A stretch of DNA of 63,327 nucleotides, the filler included, from Stramenopiles sp. TOSAG23-6 (Eukaryota), in NCBI GenBank assembly GCA_900128565.1. It is 9 parts of 9 records of this genome, joined end to end, with 100 filler letters (N's around TTAATTAATTAA, not from the genome) between each part and the next. Parts side by side here need not be neighbours in the genome. Positions count along the whole stretch, not along the records: positions 43,633 to 52,237 come from LT636437.1; positions 52,338 to 60,930 come from LT636438.1; positions 61,031 to 62,129 come from LT639731.1; 6 more parts are not named here. One strand, written 5' to 3'. The position numbers and the translations under genes are program-made. Shown here piece after piece: positions 50,051-61,036 of the stretch (the stretch's first letter is position 1; each line of letters opens with the position of its first letter). The notes beneath the pieces were generated by a model. It was not told the DNA's origin. It saw only the letters and a program-made list of their open reading frames with translations, and searched no databases.

Positions 50051-52113
50051 TTAGTTACCAAGTAACCCCGTTTCTGTTATGAAATATTTCATTGAATTTG
50101 TCGGAGGTATTAAAAAATCTCCGTGTGAGTAGTGGTACACCATATCACACTTATGGGTTAATCGTTCGCATTCAAATGAACATTCATTATTAGGGTTAGG
50201 GTTATTAGAATCATCATTAGGGTTAGGGTTATGAGAATCATGTTTGATTTTCATTGCATTTCGTTTTCGCTTCTTACGGCGCATATTTGGTATATAGTTA
50301 CCAAAATAGGGAGAAAAATGTTTTAATTTTTCATGTTGTACAGTAGGAGGTACAACTGTTTGTAATAAATTTGAAATTGGAGAAAATATCAATTTTTTCT
50401 GAAATCCTACATTTTTTTTGGACAAAATTTCGTGTTTTGTATTTTTTGTATTTTTTACATTTTTTGTATTTTCATCAAAAAAAAAAAGATTTTTTTTCTT
50501 CCAATTTTGTACAATATTGTGCACAATGAGTACATATATTTTGCATCTCATCTGATATAATTTTTGATATTTTTGGATTTTCATGATTATTTGATACATT
50601 TTGTAATTTAGTGATGAAAATATCAGCTCCAAATCCAAGAAAATTTAATTTTTTTTTTTCGTGTTTTTCGTGTTTTTCGTGTTTTTCTTCTCTGTTTCGT
50701 GTTTTTATAATTGTATTCAATGTATTGTTAGTATACCATGTATTTAATCGTCTATACTCTACAAACATATCTTTACTCTTGTTTGTATTCCTTACTTTTT
50801 GTTTTCCATTTTTATTTTCAAAATTTTGTTTCATTGCAAAAATATCGAAACATTGACACGTGTCACTTTGTGTATCACAAATAAAATTAGTATTGTCCTG
50901 ATTATTGTCTAAAATTTTTTTTTTTTTTTTTTTTGAACATTTAATTTTTTTTTTCTCGTTTTTTTCATTCATTTTTTCATCTTTTCGTTTTCGACGTAAT
51001 CGATTGTTTTCTAATCTTTGAAGTTGTTTTATATGTTTTTCGTGTTGATCAGATACTTTTTTAGCTTCAACGCAATTTGGACAAAACCAAAAATTGTGTA
51101 AAAATATTTTAATTTTTTTTTTTTTTTTTGGTTAGGTACAAATATTTCATATATATTTTTTTTTTGGAAGGGGGTTAGGGTTAGGGTTAGGGTTAGGTAC
51201 AGTATTCAGTATGTTAATGTAAACGTACAATGTATTCGCATTTTTGGTGTTATTTTAGTAATACATTGAGGTAAGCAAAAAGAGTGATATACATGAATTG
51301 TGAAAAAATATTTTAAAAAAATTCGTTAGGTACAAAATTTCGTACGAAAAATAAATTCGATTTTTTTTTTTTTTTTTTCGGTAAAATAAAAAAAAAATAA
51401 AACATACATGATTACAATTAGTACAAGTCAATAGTTTTGAAGTGTGATTTTCAGTCGTAGATCCACAACCCTATATTGCAAAAAATATTAAATTGTTTTT
51501 TTGTTAGGTACAAAATTTCGTATGAAAAAAAAAAAAAAAATTGAATAAAAAAAAATTTCAAAAGCAAATGTAAAAAATATTTTTAAAAAAATATTTGTTT
51601 TGTTTTCTATGAAAATTTCGTATGAAAACCAAAAAAAAAAAATTGTAGAAAAAATTGAATAATGAAAATGTACATAACAACAGCCTGAATGGATTTTTTT
51701 TTGTTTTTCATTTTTTTCATTTTTTTGAGAATGTGCCATGTTTCTCTCTATATAATCATTATCATTTGTAATACACTCTTGATTTTGTAAAGATTTTAGT
51801 GATGTTTTTTTCAATGTATTTTGAAAAATATTTAAAAAAAAAAACTAAATTTGTTAGGTACAAAATTTCGTACGAAAAATTAAAAAAAAAAAAAAAAACA
51901 CATACATGAATCTTTTTCTTGTTTTTGTTGTTTTTGTTGTTTTTCATATTGTTGATATTCTTGTTGTTGTTGATATTGTTGTTGTAATAGCCTATCTCTC
52001 CACGAATTCCATTGTTTTAAACAATCATGTGCCGCAGATACCAACATTTTTTCAAATGCTGTATTAATACCAGATTTTTCAAATGGAGGAAATACAAACG
52101 ATTTCGTGTTTTT
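50051..52113 (-). CDS. PHD-finger protein (5' truncated); introns 51814-51905, 51471-51673, 51293-51407, 51089-51228; probable homopolymer frameshift near 50480
   Basis: Spliced CY|GC...LLTCTNCNH|VYHSFC...H|WFCPNC gives a complete C4HC3 PHD. Confidence 0.8.
51089..51228 (-). mobile_element. Family intron, GT...TT, with internal (CCCTAA)n and a duplicated branch motif
   Basis: T|GG restores the PHD WFCPNC motif. Confidence 0.85.
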
Positions 52114-52390
52114 ATGTATTTTGGAAAAATATTTCAAAATTTTTTTTTTTGGTTAGTAAAAAAAAAAAAAAAATTGTTAGGTACAAAATTTCGTACGAAA
52201 AAAAAAAAGAAGATAAATTTTTTTTAAAAAAATAAAANNNNNNNNNNNNNNNNNNNNNNNNNNNNNNNNNNNNNNNNNNNNTTAATTAATTAANNNNNNN
52301 NNNNNNNNNNNNNNNNNNNNNNNNNNNNNNNNNNNNNAATTTCGTACGAAAAAAAAATCGATTTTTTTGTTAAAAAAAAATAAAACATAC

Positions 52391-53230
52391 ATATGAAGAG
52401 TCGCCATTTGAGAAAAATGTATATGACCGATTTGTTAAGCCTCCTAATGTGGTTAAAAGATAGGCAAGTGGGAACCAGAATAAACGGGCATAAGTCTTTT
52501 TTCGTCTTTGTCGCAGTGCAGTATTTGTCACTCCCGTGTTATATGAGACATGTATGAAAATTCTAATATAGAAAACTACTACAACTATTGACACTATCAT
52601 AATTGGAAAGTACAGCATTAACATTTGTGCCAGGGATTCAGATGACTTCACCCAACACCATGATCCAGTTAAGCCATAAAGGTCAAACTGATAACCAAGA
52701 CTGGCAATGATGGTAGGGACAATAATACAAAAAGCATTAAAACCAACCATTAAGTGAGAGCTACTGCACTTCATCACCACCAATCTGTATAATGTTACTG
52801 CAATACAAGCAACATAACAAATTATTGAAAGACAACTAGCTTGCGTTATAAACCCTGAAATACGGCATCCGTTGTGATCAGCGTTCATCCACTTTGGTCG
52901 CCCGTCTGCAATAATTGTTGTCAAGGCACTGAAAAACTCGTTAATACTCATAACAAAGTTAACTAATATCAAACAAAATACAAGCTGAGTCTCATCATAC
53001 CCATCACGCCAACTAGAGCCACCTACACGAACACGGTGTAGCTGTGCAGGCGCTAAAGCCTTTCGTTCTCTGTGACGAAGTAATAAAAACGAGAAAATGA
53101 CAAAGACACATCCCATAACACTAAAACCAGCTGTGAAGAAAGTTATCATAGCAAGGGTATTTCGCTGTTCTGAAGTTAAACCATCAGGAGCGAGGATGCC
53201 TAGAGCATCTGCATTAGACGGAACGGTCAT
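52391..53230 (-). CDS. cAMP-receptor/GCR1-like 7-TM GPCR, exon 1 (3' truncated)
   Basis: FSVMGCVFVI, GCRISGFITQ..LS, YGLTGSWCWV, RLFWFPL. Confidence 0.82.
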
Positions 53231-53526
53231 GCGACACAGATCCAATGATTCCAATCTAATTTGAAAACCTGTGTATCCACATCCAATGATTTCTACTGAT
53301 GTCAGTTTTTTGAGTTCCTGAGTCGATGAAATCTGCTATCCCTACCAATAGACTATAGTAATACCCAGATTTCGTGCCCTAACTGTCGCACTGACTATAT
53401 CGCGAGCGGTCTCAATTTATTTCAGTAACTGTTACTAATAATTGCTTTAGGAGTACGTATAGTATCATCCACACTGTCACAATTTTCAATAATATTGAGA
53501 AATGAGGAAACATATTGGAATTACAC

Positions 53527-56101
53527 ATGAAGCATAAAAGAAGGAACTCAACCCATAAAAGGCTGGAATATTCTATGCGTAACCAACGACGCTCAAGTAA
53601 AGGCTTTGGGTACGTAAATAAGAATGAACTAGTTGTAGATAATGAAACTCAAATATCCATGCTGAGAAATGAGCAGCGTTTGTACAAACAACGTAAAGAC
53701 GTAGCAAAACGCAAAGCGTTACAAAAAGAACGGACCCGCTTGCGTGCCCAGAATGCATTTAAAAATGCTACAAAATCGACGCTATGGCAAAGAATTTTCG
53801 GTCGTGGTGCTTCGGCTCGTCAAAAGCAAAAGATGAATAGTAAACGATATACTAAAACTTGGAGAGAGCAATATATCCAACCCTTTTTCAAGGATTTAAA
53901 GATTTCACAAGAGCACGAAAAGGAGATATTTCAAGACGTGCAATGCTGTGTTGGAACAGATCTTGATTGGAAGCATGACCAAGTCAGGAAAATCTTTGAT
54001 GATACTCTTTATTCTTTACCTCAATGGATGCGAAGATATGAATCTGGTAAGAATACAGCAAGTCTTGCAATATCAAAGGAAATATCCGATGTTATTAGTG
54101 CAAATGGAAAACATGTTTCCATGGAATCAAAGTTGCCTGGACTTTCGACGTATAATTTTCAGGAGTCTTTTTTCCTTCTTCTGAGAGAATCTGATGCACT
54201 TTCTGACAATTGTTTGAGTGAGTACAGTGACGACGAAACTGATTCTATTAATCATCAAGATCATCAAGAAAAATCAAAACATAAAACAAATCATTTAACA
54301 TCACCAATTTTAGGGAAAGCATTGAGTGGTTGTATCGTTGTGTCCCATTTACTTCCGAGAGAAACTCGTGAAGAAAGGCCTTCTTGGAGTGCCCCCGATG
54401 TACCAACGTCTCTAAAAGGCAAACTTGAATATGTACATTTTCATCATTTTTTTTGAATTTCGATTTTTTTTCGTACTAAATTTTGTACCTAACGATTGTT
54501 TTTACGAAAAATAAAATATTTTTGTACAATGCATGATAGCAATTTGTTCATGGAAGTGTGGGAAGTAGTCTGGTGGAGTAGATCAAATAAGTTTAGTAGA
54601 GATATTTCTATACCTAATATGGGAACGTGGGAAAATGTTTTGTTATGGTATATCGAAGCAGCCGGGAAAAGACGTGTACGTTTGCAATTTCAAAATTTTA
54701 ATTTATTTTTTCGTACGAAAGTTTGTACCTAATGATTTTTTTTCGAAATATTTTTCACAATACGTGGTGTTGCTGCTGTATTAACACTTGCTGGTATACA
54801 CGATATACCATGGTGGTTACAACACCGACCTGAACCAGATTGTTGTTTATATAATTCTGTTCATTTCAAAGAACCATTAGATGTACATCATAAAGAATCA
54901 GTCGATTCACAGTATAAAGTTCCATTAGATGTACATCATAAAGAATCATTAGATATACATCATCATAAAGAGCATCCTTTTATAAGCTTATGTGATGGTG
55001 CAGCTGAAATTGAAGCTGTCTCTCAATTTCGAGTACGACCACTAGCTATTGGTGGTTTACAACAGTTTTATCAAGATTCAGAAAAACCTCGTCGAACCGG
55101 CCAGAGTGTTATTCCACATGACGATGTTATTTCAATAGCGGCTACAGCCATGCGTGACTACTCGAATTATAAAGAAAAGAAACGGAAAAGAACCTCAAAT
55201 GTAAATATTGATTTGAAAAAAATATTAAAAGGTAAAGTTAGAGTTGACAAGAAGTACCGTATTTCTCCAATTGATGTTGCCCATGTATGTTTTCATCATT
55301 TTTTTCAATTTGTTTTCGTCGTAAATTTTGTACCTAACGACTTTTTAAAACCAAACAAAAATATTTTTCACAGTATATGTTTGGATTCTTTTGTATACAA
55401 TACCTGCAACTGCATCTGGTTCTAGCATTGGTATTCAGAACAAAATCAAAATAAAAACGAAAGAATCAAAAGACTCAAAATCTTCTTTTAGTAAAGAAAT
55501 CCAAAACAAATTTAGAAAAAGATCTAAGAATAGTTATCAATCGTATTTTTTAGAAAAAGCTGCAGCTCATTTAAGTTTGTCAGAGTTACATAATAATATT
55601 TTGAATACTAATAAAAAAAACACCAAAGATCTAGAACAAAAAAACCGAGGTTATTCAAGAAAAATCAATAGCAACGAGTACAAGGATATCTTTAATAGCT
55701 TATCAAGTTTGAAATCTCAGAAAAAGAGTGAAATTAGTAATCTTAAAAAATCTCGAAACAATTCGACCACAATGTTGAACACAAGTTGGATAAGAGCGTC
55801 GAAACGCGAAGTTGAAATAAAACCTTTGACTTCTCAAAAATCCCCCAAAAGACAAAAACAAAGACGTGTATTATCAGTACCACGTGTGTTGTCTGAATGT
55901 ATGCCGTCTGTTTCCACAAATCTAGTATCTGTTTCACAAGGCGGAGGTGTTGATTGTTTTGTGAGTAGATCTAAAAATGATAGAAAACATTTAAAACCAC
56001 TGGAAAGTTGGAAGGATGGTATTTCACAAATGGTTTCAGAAAGAATTGGAAGAGCAGATAGATCAGCTGATATTAGAGAAGACACATATAGTACTGTATA
56101 A
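53527..56101 (+). CDS. Hypothetical protein; introns 54433-54534 (AT), 54676-54765 (GT), 55285-55378 (AT)
   Basis: Four exons join into one open frame only with these junctions. Confidence 0.65.
54676..54765 (+). mobile_element. Family intron flanked by a GT duplication (GT...GT)
   Basis: AGAC-GT|GTACGT...CAATAC-GT|GGTGTT; excision restores the frame (KRR|GVAAVL). Confidence 0.75.
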
Positions 56102-56244
56102 AAAAAAAGCCAGAATAAATAAATATTGTAAATACTATAGTGATTGTTTTTTTATTATAACATAAAATCAACAACTTTTCAAGGTACGATTTCTCTCACG
56201 ATATAAGTACATCGTGTTACATCGTGTACACACCATTTGATTTT

Positions 56245-57924
56245 TTATAAAACCTTTTTGTTAAAGCCTTGTAAAATCGAACCTAGGAATCGATCAATAA
56301 TACCAATTACAGTAAACACACCACCAATGATTGCACAGAAATTAGTAATAAAATGATATATTGGTTTTTTCGTGAACGAGGTGACTACAGTCATTGGAGA
56401 TAAGTCATATTGAAACATAATAGAAGGTGGCGTTCCATCATCTTCTTTGTGTTCACTCGAAAAGGCAGCATATATTGTGAAAAAAAATTGAAAAAAAAAT
56501 CATTAGGTACAAAATTTCGTATGAAAAAACATTTAGGTAAACAATTCATGAGGAAAACATACATAACTATAGTAATGCATTTTGCGATCATCTTCTTCAG
56601 TAGAACTATCAAAATGAAAAGATTTACTCACCACCTTTAAATAATGCACAAACGTATAACTATTTCGTGTTGTGTGAAATTCTCGATCATCAAGTTTATC
56701 ACTGCGTAAATCATTTTTCATTACTGACGGAAGTTGACGATACTTTTTTTTATATATATTGTGAAACAATATTTCAAAAAAAAAAAAATTAGGTACAAAT
56801 TTTTTTTTTTTTCGTAAAAAAAAAAAAAATCAAATTCGTGATGAAAACGTATACCTAGCATTGATTGGATCTCCAAAATTCAACTTGTGTACAGTATGTG
56901 AAGAATTTACCATTCCATTTTCTGTATCATATCGAGGAGATACAAGATTCATATGAAAGTTACCTGGTACACGTTTCACCAAGAGCCTGCCAGAAACATT
57001 GCAACCTTCATGGCCGACTACATCAAGTTCACTGTGTCCATTTGCCACATCTTCTTCATGCAACTGACGCTTTTTCAAATCTGCATGATCTTTAAATTCT
57101 TTCCTTGAGAGAGTTTCATATGCTTTGGTAATGAGACCAGTGACAGTTCGTTCACCATGATATGCTTCGAGAGGAGACAAACCACCACCTGTGAAAATGT
57201 AAATGGTAGGATATCCACGAATATAATGTTTCTGACAAAGTTGTTTTTCTTCAACACAGTTCACCTTCGCAAATGTGATTGGAGCAATGTGTTCATGTTT
57301 ACCCATAAGCTTAGCGGCAGCTTTCTCCCAAACAGGCTCGAGACGTTGGCACCATATACACCAAGGAGCATAGAAATTCATCATGATAACCTGATCGCTA
57401 TTATCCCTGACATAATCTTCGAAAGTTTCCCCAGTAACTGGATCACTATGTACCTCACCCGAGGCATCTTCTTGCAATATTTGCTCCAACGCTGCGAGTT
57501 CTTTTTGGGCAGTTTCATCGTGTTCTTCGGGCTCGATAGAACTACTCTTTATTTTTCCCAAGTGCCTTCCTCTGTGATCAACACGAACCTTTTTAATATT
57601 TTGGTGAATATCGTGCTTTCGTTCACCTGTAACATCCGAAATATCAACACTGGCAAATTCGCAAGGCAAGTCATGTACAGTAATATTAAAGTTGATCGAT
57701 AACATACCACTATGTGAGTCAGAAGAAACCTCGCCCCGTTCGAGAACAATGTCAGTTGTCGTGGTAACTTTCAAAAAAGACTGAAGCTCAAGACCGAAGA
57801 GTAAAGTCATTATTAAAATACCAAAGAAGGATAGACAGGCTCCAGAATAGGTAGACACATACAAGTCATCAGGAACTTTTTTGTATAAATCCCATCTACG
57901 AATAAAATTTCCAAGGAACCCCAT
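56245..57924 (-). CDS. PDI-C-type protein: Erv41/Erv46 (ERGIC) with embedded thioredoxin domain; introns ~56754-56852 and 56470-56562
   Basis: DLYKKVP, INFNIT..LPC...VD..D..G, FYAPWCIWC, EGC.V.G.L.VKRVPGNFH, FQYDLSPM, CAIIGGVFTV. Confidence 0.92.
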
Positions 57925-58225
57925 AATAAGTATTGATCGAGATCAGAGGTAACACTGTGTTTGTTTCGCTTGAAAGTTTAAACATTGGATTCGAAAAAAA
58001 GCAAATTTTAGCACAATTAGGGTTAGGGTTAGGGGATAATTGGGGAAACATACAATTATTAATGTGCTATAAATTTACAAAACTTCAAAAATATTTAAAA
58101 ATAATAATATCATCAGATAATATATAGGGGGAATATATTTATACAAAAAACTAAATAGCCACTACATCTGAATCATTGGAATTTCACCAGTTAGTCTGCT
58201 GGACGAAAAAAGTCCTACTAATTGA

Positions 58226-60919
58226 CTAATTATACAATTTTTGATGATGATTTCTTACAATTTCTACATATGCTTTGGACCCATTTCGAAGTAATCTCTC
58301 CTGCGTGGCTCTATTTAATTCATATAAACCAAATTTCATACTCCAACCTTCCGCCCATTCAAAGTTATCCATTAAACTCCAATAATAATAACCACGAACA
58401 TCAACACCATCCGCAGATTGATTCTTTTTTCCTGGAAGAAATTGTGATTTCACCTCTTTAACTTGCGAATTAAATGGAAAATTTGAATTTGATATCATAT
58501 TGACCGACGGGGTATCATTATATATTTTTTGTTTTCGATGCATAAGAAATGCTTTGCGTCTTTGTTGGATTGAGCCTGGTGAAATATCATACGCAAAAGT
58601 GTTTCTACGTAACCCAGTACGCCCGGATTTATTCCAAATATCAACACCAAGTTCTTTCGCACCAGCAACAAAGCCTTCGTCAATTCCACCTTTACGTTTG
58701 CTCTCGTTCATTTTACTACGTAATTTCATAATCCGTTTTCTAGCCTTGTTTCGTTGAAGAAGGGCTTTTTGGACATTTCCCCATATTTCCCTTCTTTTAC
58801 AATCCTCTATCTTCAATGCATCATCTGTTTGCGATTCATATAAAGATGTTAAAATACCCGGATCAAAGTTTTTTAGCTGAAGGTATATTGATGCATTATA
58901 TACATTTCCTGCATTTGATCGCAGAGCATGCACAACAACCTCACGATTTGCTTTCTTTCCTTCAACTGCCATTAATGTTTCCATTTTATACCTCCAAAGA
59001 GGATCATCCAATTCTTCGACATCTCGTGTTTTCTTTTGAAGTTTTATTATTTTGTTTTTACCTATTTTAATCTTCGATCTCCGTGATCTTTGCAACTTCA
59101 CTAAATTGACCAAATCAGACTTTGAACTGTTAATAAAACGCAAAAAATCTAAAAAATTGACTTGGCCAGTATTTTCGATATCAAACAATTCACTTAAATT
59201 ATCGATTTCCATTGGCGTAAGTTCTATGTGTTTACAAACTGTATTTACAAAGTCTGTCCACTCAAGTGGGTCGTCATGATGATAATCTATCCACATTAAT
59301 ATTTCTTTGTTACTTTCAGAGATACTTTTGTTTGAATGCTCTGAATCTCCAATGCTATCCTNATCCTTCTTTTCATTTCTTTCAACGTCATCATCTACAT
59401 CGGATGGGTTTGATCTGTATATATAACTTGTTTCAAGTTTTCTACGCAATTTTTCCATTTTACTGAAAGGTAAAAGAGGTTTTAGAGCCTTTTTCTCGGG
59501 TTCTGCATTTGATTCCAGCATAGATTCTTTGAATGGCTCAAAAGTATTATTATTGTTAATTTTTTTCTTTCGTGCATACTCTTTACTATATTTATTTTTG
59601 GAAAGCCACTTCATACCCCGACCTCTGCGCAAGAAGTTCGTTTGCCTTTTAATCTCTTGAGGAAAATATAAGGTTTGATTCGCTTCTGGTAGTATCTGCT
59701 GAGTAGGAAATCTTTTTTTATGAGAATCATAGGCACGTTGGTGTCGCTTTAGTCTGCGCTCAAGCTCTGCTTTATTTTCTACACGGCGTGGGCGAGCTTT
59801 ATTTATCAATTTGTCCCGCTTCTGTTTATTCCTCAAGATCCCACTTTTCGACATCGAAGGTGTTGTTCCTAGTTGTTTCAGTAGACTCATTGAATCTTTT
59901 GGATTATACTTCAACTGATATTGTCGAACGTGTTCTATGAAAACAGTGAAATCTACAACCCCATCATCAAATTCTTTTAGTCTAGCCTTCCGTTTAGTTT
60001 CTTTGTACATCTTCATTTCTGCTTTAATATTAGCTTCTGCGCGACGCAGAGCCATCATTAAAGCAAATTTTCCCCCACCACCTGTAGGACCAACATTTTC
60101 CTCCATTCCATTTATCTCAGATTTACTATTCGTTTTAGCCATGTTTATATTTTGCGTGTTTTCTACAACATTTACTGAATCATCTGGATCCATCTGTTTG
60201 TAAAATAAATTCCCTCTTCCCATATCTGACATTTGAGGTTGCCACAAAATTTTGGAAATATTTTCGATTGATGTCTTCGACAATCCCCAATGAAGTAACC
60301 GTAAGCATGTTTTGAATCGTTTTAGGGAAATAAAAGATTTCCCGTGCCCTTCAGTCTTGAATAGATGCCACATTAGATGTAACTGTTGGCTGAATATTGC
60401 GGATGGCCGTGTCGCAGAAATTAACTCATCCCAAATACTCTCCCTCTGACACAGAGTTTGTTTTCTACGTTTTTCTCTATATTCCTCCATTGGGGATGCA
60501 ATTTTTATGCACGTGTTTTCAGGAAAACGACCCTCAACCAGCCCCGCATCACCATGCGCGTGAAATCCCCCAGCTAAACGACCATGATACCATCCATCTG
60601 CTGCAGCTGATACAACTATTTTGTCATTTACTTTGAAACTGAGCTCATTTGACGCTGCCGCTCTGAAATCACAAATAGCCTTGACATACAGATTATCAGG
60701 AAGAAGTGACAATACAGATCGTCCACGAAAATTTCCTGTCAAATCATAGATTGACTCAAGACTATTTTCATTTTCACCAGGGTATTTTAGAGGATATTTC
60801 GAAGGAGGAAGGGGCAGTGGTAATGGTGGAAAAGGTTGCTTAGTAGCAGCTACTTGCTCAGCAGCCACCTTTTTGCGTGACTTAGCTAGACGATATTCGA
60901 GAGAGTCATTTAATGGCAT
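58226..60919 (-). CDS. SH3 + EF-hand-like + UBA-like protein ending in a glycoside hydrolase family 1 C-terminal fragment
   Basis: KAICDF.A...ELSF..ND.I...DGWY.G...GRFPEN; DIENTGQVNFLDF; ALRSNAGNV..A; GVDVRGYYYWSLMDNFEWAEG. Confidence 0.7.
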   Translation of the reverse strand: MPLNDSLEYRLAKSRKKVAAEQVAATKQPFPPLPLPLPPSKYPLKYPGENENSLESIYDLTGNFRGRSVLSLLPDNLYVKAICDFRAAASNELSFKVNDKIVVSAAADGWYHGRLAGGFHAHGDAGLVEGRFPENTCIKIASPMEEYREKRRKQTLCQRESIWDELISATRPSAIFSQQLHLMWHLFKTEGHGKSFISLKRFKTCLRLLHWGLSKTSIENISKILWQPQMSDMGRGNLFYKQMDPDDSVNVVENTQNINMAKTNSKSEINGMEENVGPTGGGGKFALMMALRRAEANIKAEMKMYKETKRKARLKEFDDGVVDFTVFIEHVRQYQLKYNPKDSMSLLKQLGTTPSMSKSGILRNKQKRDKLINKARPRRVENKAELERRLKRHQRAYDSHKKRFPTQQILPEANQTLYFPQEIKRQTNFLRRGRGMKWLSKNKYSKEYARKKKINNNNTFEPFKESMLESNAEPEKKALKPLLPFSKMEKLRRKLETSYIYRSNPSDVDDDVERNEKKDXDSIGDSEHSNKSISESNKEILMWIDYHHDDPLEWTDFVNTVCKHIELTPMEIDNLSELFDIENTGQVNFLDFLRFINSSKSDLVNLVKLQRSRRSKIKIGKNKIIKLQKKTRDVEELDDPLWRYKMETLMAVEGKKANREVVVHALRSNAGNVYNASIYLQLKNFDPGILTSLYESQTDDALKIEDCKRREIWGNVQKALLQRNKARKRIMKLRSKMNESKRKGGIDEGFVAGAKELGVDIWNKSGRTGLRRNTFAYDISPGSIQQRRKAFLMHRKQKIYNDTPSVNMISNSNFPFNSQVKEVKSQFLPGKKNQSADGVDVRGYYYWSLMDNFEWAEGWSMKFGLYELNRATQERLLRNGSKAYVEIVRNHHQKLYN

Positions 60920-61036
60920 ATTTGACCTAANNNNNNNNNNNNNNNNNNNNNNNNNNNNNNNNNNNNNNNNNNNNTTAATTAATTAANNNNNNNNNNNNNN
61001 NNNNNNNNNNNNNNNNNNNNNNNNNNNNNNTTTAAT

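Noticed and set aside
56245-57924. ERGIC-thioredoxin fusion as novel
   Set aside because: Matches the known PDI-C architecture of plants and several protist groups
1813-60636. Numerous short antisense or overlapping ORFs in the ORF track
   Set aside because: Shadows of real genes or low-complexity A/T tracts with no independent coding signal
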